Source: Squalus acanthias (lineage: Eukaryota). From it: DNA of 64,000 nucleotides. The notes below the pieces were generated by a model. It did no database searches, was not told where the DNA came from, and saw only the letters and a program-made list of their open reading frames with translations. The stretch covers positions 158,102,001-158,166,000 of the forward strand of contig CM059431.1 in the NCBI GenBank assembly GCA_030390025.1. Reading direction: 5' to 3'. A program made the translations under genes and the position numbers. Of the stretch, positions 1 to 11,806 are shown one piece after another. Position 1 is the stretch's first letter, and each line of letters starts with the position of its first letter.

Positions 1-200
1 GCAGTGCCTGAAAGAATTGTGGAAGCAGATTCTATCGTTCCTTTCAAAAGGGAATTCGATAAATACATGAATGGGAGTTAATTGTAGGGCTATGGGGAAA
101 GAGCAGGAAAGTGGGCCTAATTAGAGAACTGTTTGGCAGTGCCGGCATGTGTATGATAAGCTGAATGACCTTCTTCAGTGCTGTAAGGTTCTGTGAAATT
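1..200 (+). mobile_element. Degenerate CR1-type LINE 3' end (inverted copy at ~26175-26410)
   Basis: Resembles the ORF2-end/3'UTR of the other CR1 copies in the window (ggctatggggaaagagcagg...gctgaatgaccttcttcagtgctgtaa). Confidence 0.65.
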
Positions 201-549
201 GCGATTTTTTCTGAAAGTAATCGAACATATGATGGTCTTATATCCCACTGGTTAATTCAGAGTCCCAGATGGTACAAAGAGTGCGCTAAATTCGGATGTG
301 ATGTTGTTAACATCCATTCTGATCACTTTAAATAAGCAGCACAAAGCTTCCAGGTATTTCTGCAACAGAAACACCAATGCCGTCTCTTGCCATTCCACTG
401 AACACATTGGAGTGAGAGAATGTGCTTATTAATGGGACAAATCGAAAATAGGTTTTGCTTTTCACCAATATTTTCCCACATACCAATAAAACAGTTGCTG
501 TTTCTAATGCAATTGTAACTATTTCTACGCAATACCTGAGTATTTTACA

Positions 550-816
550 GTAATACAAAAAAAAATACAGCAGATGCCGGAATATCTCTTAATTTCTCTC
601 AACCTCTTCCGCCTTCTATCCTATCACTGAACTTCCCTTTTGTTCTTTCCTCCCCTCTCCTCTTTCCCAGCCTCTACACTTGCTTAAAAATCTGTTCCAT
701 TTCGTGTTTTTTTACAGTTCTGAAGAAAGGTCATCGACCTGAAACGTTAACTCTGTTTCTCTCTTCACAGATGCTGCCTGACCTGCTGAGTTTCTACAGC
801 AGTTTCTGTTTTTAAT
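550..816 (+). mobile_element. Penelope-like-derived short element with a hammerhead motif, inserted at the NLR exon/intron boundary
   Basis: Flanked by an imperfect 15-bp duplication (cctgagtattttaca 535-549 / ccggaatcttttaca 817-831). Same family as 4455-5534, 21944-22200 and 56076-56558. Confidence 0.75.
715..752 (+). ncRNA. Minimal type I hammerhead ribozyme motif
   Basis: cagtt-CTGAAGA-aaggtc atc gacct-GAAA-c gtt-aact: CUGANGA and GAAA cores, helix II AGGUC/GACCU, palindromic AACGUU helix III, helix I agtt/aact. Confidence 0.75.
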
Positions 817-2850
817 CCGGAATCTTTTACATTTGTGCATCATGGGCTCCAGCTGACGGATCCCTTCATCTTGTACATCGCAAGTGTCCATATTCTGCTC
901 TTCCATGACTTCAACGGCCACGAACGTGGTTGAAAGAATCGCACAGTCACAAGGTTTAAGAGGACATTGTTTGAAAATTACTTTCTTTAGCGGTGTTAAT
1001 GCGGCCTGCATCAGGTCTGTGTCTCCGAAAACACGAAAATAATCCAATATTTTTAAGAACGTCCATTGGGTTTGCCCTTCTTCTAAGTTTTTAACACGCG
1101 TGTTGAAATATTTTTCGAGCCAAAGCAACAAACTAGCGATTGTTTCAGAAGGAATTGGACCCAATTTCAGCTCAAGCTGACAAGTTGAATAGCGTGAGCA
1201 AACAACAACAAGAAACCGTGAAAATGTCTTAAAATTGTCGTCAGCGCACGGTAATCCGTTATCGAGCAATCGTGTCAGTCCATTTCCTGCTGGACTTTAT
1301 GCAAGAGCAGCGAGAAAGTCCTGCATAACGCAGTGAGTGAATGTGTAGACAACAGTACACATGTCTTTGTCTGGAATCTCCATCATAAACGCACAGATAA
1401 GATTAGGAAGTTCGATTATGTGGCGATTGAATTGGTCTGACTTAATCAAAACGGTTTTGTTGCAAACTCCCTTGTCGGCTAACTCGCCCAAATTTAAGCA
1501 ACATGTCGCGAGAGTTTAACGCGTCACAAACGCATCTCTCCAAAAGGACAGTGACGTAACTGGATAACACCCGTGTGCTGGTTGAGAAAAACAATGGTCT
1601 CTCCCTCACTCCTTGTGACCGGCGTGACTCTAATAGCGAATCGAGGACCGAGCAGTACAGGGCATTATTGCACATGGTGGACAACATCTTATTCTGCTCA
1701 ATGTACTCGATTACATCTGTCCCAAATTGTTCATCTACAAAATAACGACGAAAGTATTGTTCAATTTTCTCAGAGGTGAAACGCTGGATTTCGACCGACA
1801 AATTTATGTTTGCCTTTCCCGCTGACTCCAGTTTCCACGGCCGGCTTGTGATCAGCACTGAGCAGCCTTTCAGCAACTCTCCCTGTATGAGGCAGCGCAC
1901 GATGTCTGAAACTTCACAGCAGCACTCGGGATCGAAACACAGATTTTTGGGGTCGTTGTTTCTCTGATTATCGGTGAAATCAATGGTTTGCTCAAATTGA
2001 TCTAAATCATCAAACATAAAGTAATATTTCCGTGCTGTTTGCAGAAAAGTTCCAAATCATTTTCGAAATCGGGGTAGGAATCCAGGTTCAGGCTATTTAG
2101 ACATGTTTTTCAGTTTATTGAATTAAATTGTCGAACCTTAAAAGGAAAGACACATCTAAACTGTTTGTATATTTTCCCAGCGGCCCAATCACGGATTATC
2201 TTCTGTATCATGGTGCTTTTCCCACACCCCGAGGCCCCAATTACTGCAGTTGTCCCAGACCTGCCTGTTTTAGCGAAACTCAACAATTGATCTATTTGAA
2301 TTTCTTACAGTTCGTTATCGATGTTTTTTCTCTGTAATTCTTCACGCTCTCTACCTCGGGCCTTCAGTTTATTTTCCACCTGTCTCCGCTCATGCAGAGA
2401 AGCAACAATCGCTATATTAGTGTATTTTTCATCCAGAAAAAATCTTCGATATCTTTGTTTTACTACAGTGGTTTTGACTGTCAGTTTCTCATTCTGTTTG
2501 CAGAGGGTATCTTTGTGCTGTAGTTCCATCTCTTGAATATGATCAACGTCATTTGTGTAGTCATTGTAATTCAGGAGACACATATTTAACAGATCAGTTC
2601 TATGAAGGACAAACTAATCGTCAAGAAATAAAAGGTCTAAAATGGTTCTGAACAATGAGTCAGCCTGTAGTCATTTTAAACTTTAGTGCCCAGACACTCA
2701 TAGAAATAAGCACAATAGCCGTACACATCATAAATTTCTGAAGTACCAGGAAACAAGCTTGAGGATAGTGGGCCGTCTGCTGTTGGTCATTGAGATTCTG
2801 CGAATAAAGGTTTCTAAATTACGACAGTAATTGCAGAAGTCGATCTTGGT
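817..2850 (-). pseudogene. NLR (FISNA-like + NACHT + helical domains) pseudogene, left copy
   Basis: Fragmented ORFs 2305..2583, 1442..2017, 1297..1491 and 712..1269 align with the intact NLR (CFDPEC, DIVRCLIQGELLKGCSVLITSRP, VVYTF.H...Q.FLAAL, HKCK). Walker A GASGCGKST lies near 2210-2240. There are several frameshifts and stops. The 5' limit is approximate. Confidence 0.9.
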
Positions 2851-2856
2851 AAATTG

Positions 2857-3215
2857 CTGGTATTTAATCTTCACAGGACAATATGCGTTATGAATGTCCC
2901 CTCCTTTCGTCATGTAACAAACAATGTTGTTATGTCACGGATCACGGCAGCAAATGTCTTCCGTCATTTTATTCTAACCCGGGGATTCCATTGTTTTATT
3001 CTGCTGCTCAATGCTTTAACCGTCAGACACATTTTAGTGGCCAGCAGAGATCGCAGGAGACTCTTGGGTCACAGCAGTGGGGAGAGTCCCAGAGACCCAG
3101 AGATTAAGAGACGAAGAAAATCCATTATTTTACTGTATGTTATACCTTTGAATTTGCTACTCTTATGGTCAATCTTTATGGTGTATTCTATATGGAGGCG
3201 AAATAGTTTTTCGGG
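2857..3215 (+). pseudogene. GPR139/GPR142-like class A GPCR fragment (end of TM4, ECL2, TM5, ICL3, TM6)
   Basis: The translation HFILT...ILLLNALTVRHILVASRDRRRLLGHSSGESPRDPEIKRRRKSIILLYVIPLNLLLLWSIFMVYSIWRR resembles the GPR139-like receptors expanded in cartilaginous fish. It is frameshifted and truncated at both ends. Confidence 0.75.
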
Positions 3216-3529
3216 TATCAGTAAGCATTACCACTTAGTTTTGTCCTAAAAATGCCATTCTCTTCATATTCTACATAAATAAAATATGTGTATGTCTGTA
3301 TATATGTTATATATATATATATACATACATCAACACATACATAATATATATATATAGGTAAAAAGCACAGACATGCATATATTTGTTTTCAAAATACAGA
3401 AAAAATGGCATATTTGGGACTGAAGTGGAGATTTCATACATCCATGAATACCAGTAATTTTCAGATTGACACCTCCGCTTCAAATAGTTAAACACATTAG
3501 GAGACCAGAGCACGGCACAAATTGCACCA

Positions 3530-3650
3530 ACTTCAAGCCGCCCGATACTCAGATCCATTGGTCAATGGAAGGCAACATGGACCGAGCGCATAACGGGCGG
3601 CAGATGTAATAAACCGCGTTTTACTTCCCGCCAAATTCGAATTTCACCCA
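3530..3650. mobile_element. Short palindromic MITE-like element (related to 60022-60185; inverted copy ~22710-22830)
   Basis: Shares the ccattggtcaatgg core, ataacgggcgg and the terminal aatttcaccc with 60022-60185. Confidence 0.45.
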
Positions 3651-4051
3651 TAATGTTTTAATCTAACTAATCTCAAAATACGTCCCGCTCAGTCACCAAC
3701 CTTCTCAGGGGCAATTTGTGTTGGGCAATAAATGCTGGCCTTGACAGCGACGCCCACATCCCTTGAATGAATGAATAAATATATATTTATATGGAAGCGT
3801 ATGTCATTAAAATGAACCTATAACTGTTCTAGACGATGATCTGAGACTACAGATTATATTTAATGCCTTGGAATCAGCAGATGCTGTTGAACAATTAACA
3901 TTAGTCGTGACTTTCATATGTTTGCCTAAAGAGCTAATATATAATATATAGCGATTCAAAGAATGAAGCGGTAAATGATGCACCTTTCTTGCTTTCTTTC
4001 TATCTTTCTTCTTTCTGTCTTTCTTTCTGTCTTTCCTATGGTCTTTCTGTC

Positions 4052-4454
4052 TCGTGAACCTTCGTTGCACTCCCTCTATTGCAAGTATATCCTACCTTAG
4101 GTAAGGAGACCAAAATTGTAAAAAGTCCTCCAGGTTTGGTCTCAACAAGGCCCTATATAATTGGAGTAAGACTTCTTTACTCCTGTACTCAAATTCTCCT
4201 GTAATGTAGGCCAGCAAACCATTTGCCTTCCGAATGGCTTGCTGCACCTGCACATTCACTTTCAGTGACTCATGTACAAGGATACCCAGTCCCTTTGAGC
4301 ATCTGCATTCCCCAATCTTTCACCATTTAGGAAACACTCTGCCTTTATTTTTTTTCAACCAACGTGTATAGCTTTATATATATCCACATTATATTCCATC
4401 TGCCATGTTCTCGCCCATTCACTGAGCCTGTCGAGATCCCATTGAAGCCTCTTC
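4052..4454 (-). mobile_element. CR1 LINE RT C-terminal fragment
   Basis: Reverse complement of 19028-19432, which encodes QWQMEYNV...LYRVLVRPHLEY-like sequence. Confidence 0.85.
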
Positions 4455-5060
4455 ATAGTAAACGTTTCATTTAGATTACTCTTCGTCAGGACTGGAAAAT
4501 GCTGGAGATCGAACTGGTTTTAAAGCAAGTGTAGGAGCAGGGAAAGAGGTGAGGGGAGGAAAGAACAAAAGGGAAGGTCTGTGAAAGGATGGAAGGCTGC
4601 AGATATTAAGAGGCATTATGAGATGGTGCAAGGCAAAGAGCGATGGTAATGGAGCAAGTTAAGAAACAAAAGATCGCTCTAGATGGAAGGCAGGAGATAT
4701 TAAGAGACATTAAGAGAAATTAAGAGATGGTGCAATGCAAAACGAGATGATAATGGGACAAGTTACGAAACAAAAGATGTCTTTAGATGAACTGTAAAAA
4801 AAATCTATCAATCTCTCCTGCCTTCCGTCTAGAGCTATCTTTTGTTTCTACCATGTCCTATTACCATCTCCCTTTGCCTTGCACCATCTCTTAATGTCTC
4901 CTGCCTTCCACCTAAAGCCATCTTTTGTTTCTTAACTTGACCCATTACTATCTCCTTTTGCCTTGCATCATCTCTTAATGTCTCTTAATCTCTCCTGCCT
5001 TCCATCTTATCACAGACCTTCCCTTTTGTTCTTTCCTCCCCTCCCCCTTTCCCTGCCCTT

Positions 5061-5362
5061 CACAGAATCACAGAATCCCCACAATGCAGATAGAGGCCAT
5101 TTCAGCCAATCGAGCCTGCACCGACACATATGCCACCAACCCCACGTATTTAATCCCCCCTAACACTAAAGGTCAATTTATCATAGCCAAATCAACCTAA
5201 CCCGCACATCTTTGGACTGTGGGAGGAAACCGGAGCACCCGGAGGAAACCCACGCAAACACGGGGAGAATGTGCAAACTCCACACAGACAGTCACCCGCG
5301 GCCGGATTCGAACCCGGGATCCTGGCGCTGTGAGGCAACAGTGCTCACCACTATGCCACAGT
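5061..5362 (-). mobile_element. tRNA-derived V-SINE (HE1-like)
   Basis: The minus strand has A/B boxes (tggcatagtgg; gggttcgaatcc), a V-domain (gtgtggagtttgcacattctccccgtg...ggtttcctccgggtgctccggtttcctcccaca) and a (ttctgtga)n CR1-type tail. Confidence 0.85.
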
Positions 5363-5397
5363 ATTGCTTAAAAACCTATTCGATCTCCAGCTTTTTC

Positions 5398-5435
5398 CAG
5401 TTCTGATGAAGAGTCGTCGACCTGAAACGTTAACT
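5398..5435 (+). ncRNA. Minimal hammerhead ribozyme motif
   Basis: cagtt-CTGATGA-agagtc gtc gacct-GAAA-cgtt-aact. Confidence 0.7.
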
Positions 5436-5559
5436 CTGTTTCTCTCTCCACAGATGCTGCCTGACCTGCTGAGTAATTCCAGAATTTTCTGGGGGTTTTT
5501 CAGGTTTCAAGCATACGCAGTTTTTTGCTTTTGTCCCAGAATAGTCTTACGTTCTCTCT

Positions 5560-6920
5560 TTTTGGTAATTTCTAACCAATCTGTCAGCTAATGGATTTCA
5601 CCTACCTATATCATCTCTGACTCATGTTGTAATAGTATATTAAAACAAAAAGGTTACCAGTCCTCCTCTTCCAGTTTCCTCTCCTTACTAAAGACATTAT
5701 AACCTAGAATATTTAAATCCTAATCCTGACCATCTTGCAGCGATATCTCAGTAATGGCCACCAAATCGCAGCCTCGAAGCTGTATGTCAGCCTCAATTTC
5801 ACTCAATGTATTTCTTATACTTCAAGCGTTAATATATAAGACAGAATTTTGTCCAAAGGACCCTAACCTATCCTTCCACCCTGATGCTGTTTTTGATAAA
5901 CTGTTAAACTGAACACGATTATTACTTGTCACGTCTCCTGTAACTACTTTAGTTGTTTCAGGATTCATTTCGTGTGTAGAATCTATATCACTCTTTGTGA
6001 CCTGAAATTTGCTTTTGGACCTTTTTTTAAAAGAATGAACTATCATTTTTACTACTGTGTCCGACGTAGTCCTTCTCCCATGTATTAGTTTACAGTCATT
6101 TTATTCCGCCTGGTAATCATTTCCGCTAAGATTATCGGAAACCCAGTGCACACCTGTCAGGATCCTGTTACACTGTGAAACCCCATACACATATGTTAGG
6201 ATGCTGATACACTCTGAAACAAAATACTCACCTGGTAGCATCGTGACACACTGTGAAACCCCAGGATTATCTGGCACGATCCCGAGAAACTGTGGAAAGT
6301 AACAGGGCAACCGGGCCCAATGGTACACCTCTTTCCTGTCCTAGTACTGTTGCTGATCTCCCACGAAATCGAACCCCACCTTCCCTTAAATACTCCTTTA
6401 GCCACGTGCTCATTTTCCTGGTCTATTTGTCCCGTTGCTGATTACTACGTGGCTCCGGTAATAATAATAAAATTAATACCCTTCATTTTCTGCGTTTTAA
6501 TTTAGCTGTGAAGTCCTGATAATTATTCTGCAGGAATTTCTACACTTCCTAACCTATGTCATTGGTTCCGTCATAGACCACAACAACTGGATCTTCCCCT
6601 TACTTTCCAAATTCCTTTTCAGAAGCATGGAGCTAAACCTTAACCTGGCATCATGTAGGAAGCACATCCTTCGCGTCTCTAGATCGTGGCTACAGAGGAT
6701 GCAATCTACCCCTCTAAATGTTGACTCCCTTATAACTATTAAGTTTCGAATCTGCTCCTCCCGTCTGCATAGATCAGCATTCTTGCTGTCCTTCCCGCAT
6801 TCGTTCTCCTTGTCCTGACAGGAATCAAGCACATCATACCTGTTGCATTGGAGCCGGGGTCTGCGGACCGTCCTCCTCCATCTCCACTGAGTTCCGCATA
6901 CCCTGCTAGCAGTCACACTC
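5560..6920 (-). mobile_element. Old CR1 remnant (ORF1 esterase part and APE N-terminus)
   Basis: ORF 6554..6922 (NRYDVL...IVIRESTFRGVD..LC) is a decayed version of CR1 ORF1 53406..54290. The region ~5680-5770 reads as DLVAITE...LNILGY (APE). Confidence 0.6.
6135..6295 (-). repeat. Short patch of the 39-bp minisatellite (inverted copy of the start of the 28107-29100 array)
   Basis: The reverse complement of 6141-6226 matches 28107-28195, including the variant unit tattttgtttcagagtgtatcagcatcc.aacatatgtgtatgggg. Confidence 0.8.
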
Positions 6921-6921
6921 A

Positions 6922-9900
6922 CCCCTGGTTACACAATGTCTGATCTCAGTGGGCCCATCCTCCCCGTGTGAAACACTGCCAGATATAACAGCACTCACCC
7001 TCCCGGGTTACACACTGTCTGATCTCAGTGGGCCCATCCTCCCCGGGTTACACACGGTCTGATGTCACTGGACCCATCTTCCCCGGGTTACACACTGTCT
7101 GATCTCACTGGGTCCATCTTCTACGGGTTACACACTGACTGATCTCAGCGGGACCAGCCTCCCCGGTTTACACAATGTCTCATCTCACTCGGCCCATCCT
7201 CCCCGGGTTACTCACTGTCTGATCTCACTGGGCAAATAGAAACACACTGTCTGATCTAAATGAGCACAACCTCCCCGGGTTACACACTGCCTGATTGACT
7301 GGGCCCATCCTCTCGGGTAACACACTGTGTAATCTCACTGGACCAATCCTCAACGGGAACACACTGTTTGGTCTCACTGAACCGATCCTCCCCGGGTTAC
7401 ATACTGTCTGATCTCACTGGGTCCATTCTCACATTGTTAAAAATTGTCTGATTTCATTGCGCCCATCGTCCCCAGGTTACACAGTGTCTGATATCACTGA
7501 GACAATTGTGAATTAGTTACACATTGTCTGATCTCACTGGGCACAGCATCCATGTTTTACACGCTGTGTGATTCCATTTTGCACATTTTCCATGGGTTGC
7601 ACACTGTCTGATCTCACTGGGGCATCCTCCCGGGTAACACAGTTTCTGATCTCACTGGGGTCACCCTCCCGGGTTACACACTCTCTGTACTCACTGTGCC
7701 CATCCTCCCTGGGTTACACACTGTCTCCTCCCACGGGATCCATTCTCTACGGTTTACTCACTTTCTGCTCTCACATGGCCCATCCTATATGGGTTACACA
7801 CTCTCTGATCTCACTTGGCGAATCCTCCCCGGGTCTGTTCCACTGGACCCATCCCCTACGTGGTACTCACTGTCTGCTCTCACTGGGCACATCCTCCCCG
7901 GATTGCACACTGCCTGGTCTCACTGGGCCCAACCTTCCCGTGTTACATACTGTCAATCTCAGTTAATCCATCCTCCCCGGGTAACACAATGTCTGATCTC
8001 ACTGGGCCGATCCTCCCCTTGTTACACATTTTCTGATCTCACTGGGCCCATCCTCCCCGGATGACACACTGTCTGATCTCACTGGCAGCTTCCTCCCCGG
8101 GAGACACACTGTCTGATCTCACTGGAACCCTACTCCCCTGGTTAAACACTGTCTGATCGCATTAGGCGCATCCTCCCCAGGTTATACACGGTCCAATCTC
8201 ACTCAGTCCATCTTACACGGGTAAAACACTGCCTGATCTCACTGGGCCCAACCTGTCCGGTTTACACACTGTCTGATCTCAGTGAGCCCATCCTCTCCAG
8301 TGAAAACACTGTCGGATTTCACTGTGCCCATCCTTTCCGGTTTAAACACTGTGCGATCTCACTGTACCAATCCTCGCAGGCGAACACATTGTCTGATCTA
8401 CTGGGCCGATCCCCCCCGGGTTACACACTGTCTGATATGAGTGGGCCCATCCAATACGGGTTACACACTGTCTGATCTCACATGGCCCATTCTCCTCGGT
8501 TTACACACTGTCTGATCTCACTGGGTAAATCGTCCCAAGTTAACACAGTGTCTGATATAAATGAGCCCATCCTCCCCGGGTTACACATGTGCTCATCTCA
8601 CTGGGTCCATCCTCTCGGGTAACACACTGTGTAACCTCACTGGACCAATCCTCAACGGGTTACAAATTGGCTGATCTCAGTGGGCCCATCCTCCCCGGAT
8701 TACACACCGTCTGCTCTCACTGGGCCCATCCCCTACGGATGACACACGGTCTGCACTCACTGGGTCCATGCTCCCCGGATTACAAACTGTCCGATCTCAT
8801 TGTGCACATCCACCCCGGTTTAAACACTGTCGGATCTCTCTGGACCCATCTTGCCCGGGTTACACACTGCCTGCTATCACTGGGCTCATCCTCTCCGAGT
8901 TAAACACTGTCTGATCTCACTGGCACCTTCCTCCCCGGATAAAAAACTGTCTTATCTCATTAGGCGCATCCTCCCCAGGTTATACACGGTCCAATCTCAA
9001 TGGTTCCATTTTACACGGGTTACAGACACCCTGATTGGGCTGATACACCCCGGATTACACACTGCCTGATCTCACTGGGCCTAACCTCCCCGGTTTACAC
9101 ACTGTCTGATTTTACTGGGCCCATCCTCCCCCGTGAAAGCACTGTCGGATCTCACTGTGCCCATCCTCCCCGGTTTACACACTGTCTGATCTCACTGGAC
9201 CAATCCTCCCCGGGTTACGCATTGTCTGATCTCACTGGGCCCATCCCCCCCGGGTTACACATTGTCTGATATCACTGGGCCAATCCTCCTCGGTTTACAC
9301 ATCGTCTGCTGTCACTGGGCCCATCCTCTACGGGTTATGCACTGTCTGATCTCACAGTGCCCTTCGTCACCGGGTTACACAATGTCTGATCTCAATGGCT
9401 CCATCCTCCCCGGATTACATATTGACTGATCTCACTGGACCCATCCTCCCCGGTATACACAATGTCTGATCTCACTGGAACCATCCACCCGGGTTACACC
9501 CTGTCTCATCTCACTGGAACCATCCACCCCGGGTTAAAAACTGTCTCATCTCACTGGGCCCATTGTCCCTTAGTTACACATTGTCTGATCTCACTGGGCA
9601 GCGCATCCATGGTTTACACGCTGTCTGATCTCAATGGGCCTAATCCTCCACGGGTTACACAAAGTCTGCTCTCATTTGGCCTAATCTCCCCGGGTTACTC
9701 ACTGTCTGATCTGACTGGGCCCATCCTCTCTGGTTACATACAGTCCAATCTCACTGGGTCCATCCTCCCGGGTTAAACACTGTCTGATTTCAATGTACCC
9801 ATCCTCGCCGTGTTATAGAATGACGATCTCATTAAGCCCATCAATCCCTTTGTTATACACTCTTTGATCTCAATCGCCCTATCCTGTCCCCCGGTTACAG

Positions 9901-10814
9901 ATTGTCTGATCTCACTGGACCCATTCTCCCAGGTTTACAAAATGATAGGTCTCGTTGGGCCAATCCTCCAGAGGTTACACATTGTCTGAAATCACTGGTT
10001 CCATCCTCCCCGGTTTATACATTGTCTGCTCTCACTGGGCCCATCCACACCGGGTTACTCACTGTCTGATCTCACTGGGCTCATCCTCCCTGGATACACA
10101 CTGTCTGATCTCACTGTGCCAAACTTCACAGGTTACATACTGTGCAATCTCACTGGGTTCAGCCTCCCCGGTTTACACAATGTCTGATTTCACGGTACCC
10201 ATCCTCGCCGGTTTATAGATGGTGCGATCTTACTGAGCCCATCCTCCTCTTTGTTATACACTGTTTGCTCTAATTCGCCCTATCCTCCCCGGGTTACAGA
10301 CTGTCTGATGTCACTGTGCCCATACTCCCAGGGTTACAAACTGATTGTTCTCGTTGGGCCCCTCCTCCCGGCGTTACACCTTGTCTGATCTCACTGGGTG
10401 CAACCTGCCCGGGTTACATGCTGTCTGATCTCACTGGGCCCACCCTCCCGAGGTTACACACGGTCTGATCTCACTGGACCCACCCTCCCAGAGTTACACA
10501 CTGTCTGATCTCACTGGGTACAACCTCCCCGGAATGCATGCTGTCTGATCTCACTGTGCCCATCCTCCCGGGATTACACAGTATCTGATCTCACTGGGCC
10601 CATCCTGCCCGGGTTACACACTGTCTGATTTCACTGGGCCCATCCTCCCCGGGTCACACACTGTATTATCTCGCTGGGACCCTCCTCCCCGGGCTACACA
10701 CTGTCTGCTCTCACTAGACTCATACTGTACGCGTCACACACTGTCTGCACTTACTGGACCCATGCTTCCCGGATTACACACCCTCTGATATCACTGGGCA
10801 CATCCTCCCCGAGT
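6922..10814 (+). repeat. 40-bp satellite array, block 1
   Basis: Consensus cacactgtctgatctcactgggcccatcctccccgggtta; units start at 7011, 7051, 7091 and 7131. Confidence 0.95.
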
Positions 10815-11806
10815 TAGAAACATACATAGAAGATAGGAGCAGTAGTAGGCCATTCGGCCCCTCGAGCCTGCTCCGCCATTCGATGAGATCATGGCTGATC
10901 ATCTAAACTCAGAACCCTGTACCTGCCTTCTCCCCAGATCCCTTGATACCTTTAGCTTTATGAAATATATCTAACTCATTCATGAATATATTTAATGACT
11001 TGGCCTCAACTAACTTCTGTGGTAGAGAATTCCACAGGTTCACCACTCTCTGGATGAAGCAATTCTTCCTCATTTCTGTCCTAAATGGCTTACCCCTTAT
11101 CCTTAGATTATGACCCCTGGTTCTGGACTCTCCGAGCATCGGGAACATTCATCCTGCATTAGTTTGTCCAGACCTGTCAGAATTTTATATGTTTCGATGA
11201 GATCCCCTCTCATTCTTCTATACTCCAGCGAGTATAAGCCCAATCGACCCAATCTCTCCTCATAAGTTATTCCTGCCATCCCAGGTATCAGCCTTGTGAA
11301 TCTTCGCTGAACTCCTTCCAAGGCGAAAACATCCTTCCTCAGATAAGGCGACCAAAACTGCACACAGTACTCAAGGTGTGGTCTCACCAAGGCCCTGTAC
11401 AACTGCAGCAGGAAATCTCTGTTCCTATACTCAAACCTTTTCGCTATGAAGGCCAACACACCATTTGACTTCTACACTGCCTGCTGCACCTGCATGCTTA
11501 CCTTCACTGGCTGATGCACAAGGACACCCAGGTCTCGTTGCACTTCCCCTTCTCCCAATCTATTGCCATTCAGATAATAGTCTGCCTTTCTGTTTTTTGA
11601 AACCAAAGTGGATAACCTCTTTTTTATCCACGTTATATTGCATCTGCCAAGCTTCTGCCCAATCACCCAACCTGTCCAAATCATCCTGGAGTTTCTCGGT
11701 ATCCTCATCGCAGCACACACGCCCACCCAGCTTTGTGTCATCTGCAAACTTGAAGATCTTACATTTAGTTCCCTTATCTAGATCATTAATGTATATTGTG
11801 AATAGC
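10815..11806 (-). mobile_element. 5'-truncated CR1 LINE inserted in the satellite
   Basis: FADDTK-region and RT C-terminal ORFs (11103..11459, 10909..11148), a 3' stem-loop, and an 8-mer tail (tagaaaca) at 10815. Confidence 0.92.

Larger units (their letters stand above)
1..4816. repeat. Left arm of a large inverted segmental duplication (runs off the window edge)
   Basis: The reverse complement matches the right arm: 1<->26372, 3928<->22432, 4051<->19432, ~4816<->~18666. The ORF track shows paired near-identical ORFs on opposite strands (328..558- / 25815..26045+; 2854..3249+ / 23122..23550-). Confidence 0.95.
4455..5534. mobile_element. Fold-back Penelope-like-derived element with hammerhead motifs in both arms, interrupted by a SINE
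   Basis: The left half (4455-4800) is the reverse complement of the right half (4810-5060 plus 5363-5440). There is a degenerate HHR on minus at ~4455-4495 and an HHR on plus at 5398-5435. An internal ~85-bp tandem duplication is present, and the 3' tail ends at ttttgcttttgt (~5534). Confidence 0.75.

Noticed and set aside
328..558. Conserved-looking 76-aa ORF, duplicated at 25815..26045
   Set aside because: It starts in the element/TSD and reads into the NLR intron. The apparent conservation simply reflects the recent duplication.
5300..5362. tRNA gene (also ~49130-49182)
   Set aside because: The A/B boxes belong to SINE heads followed by V- or Deu-type bodies; I could not form a full cloverleaf.
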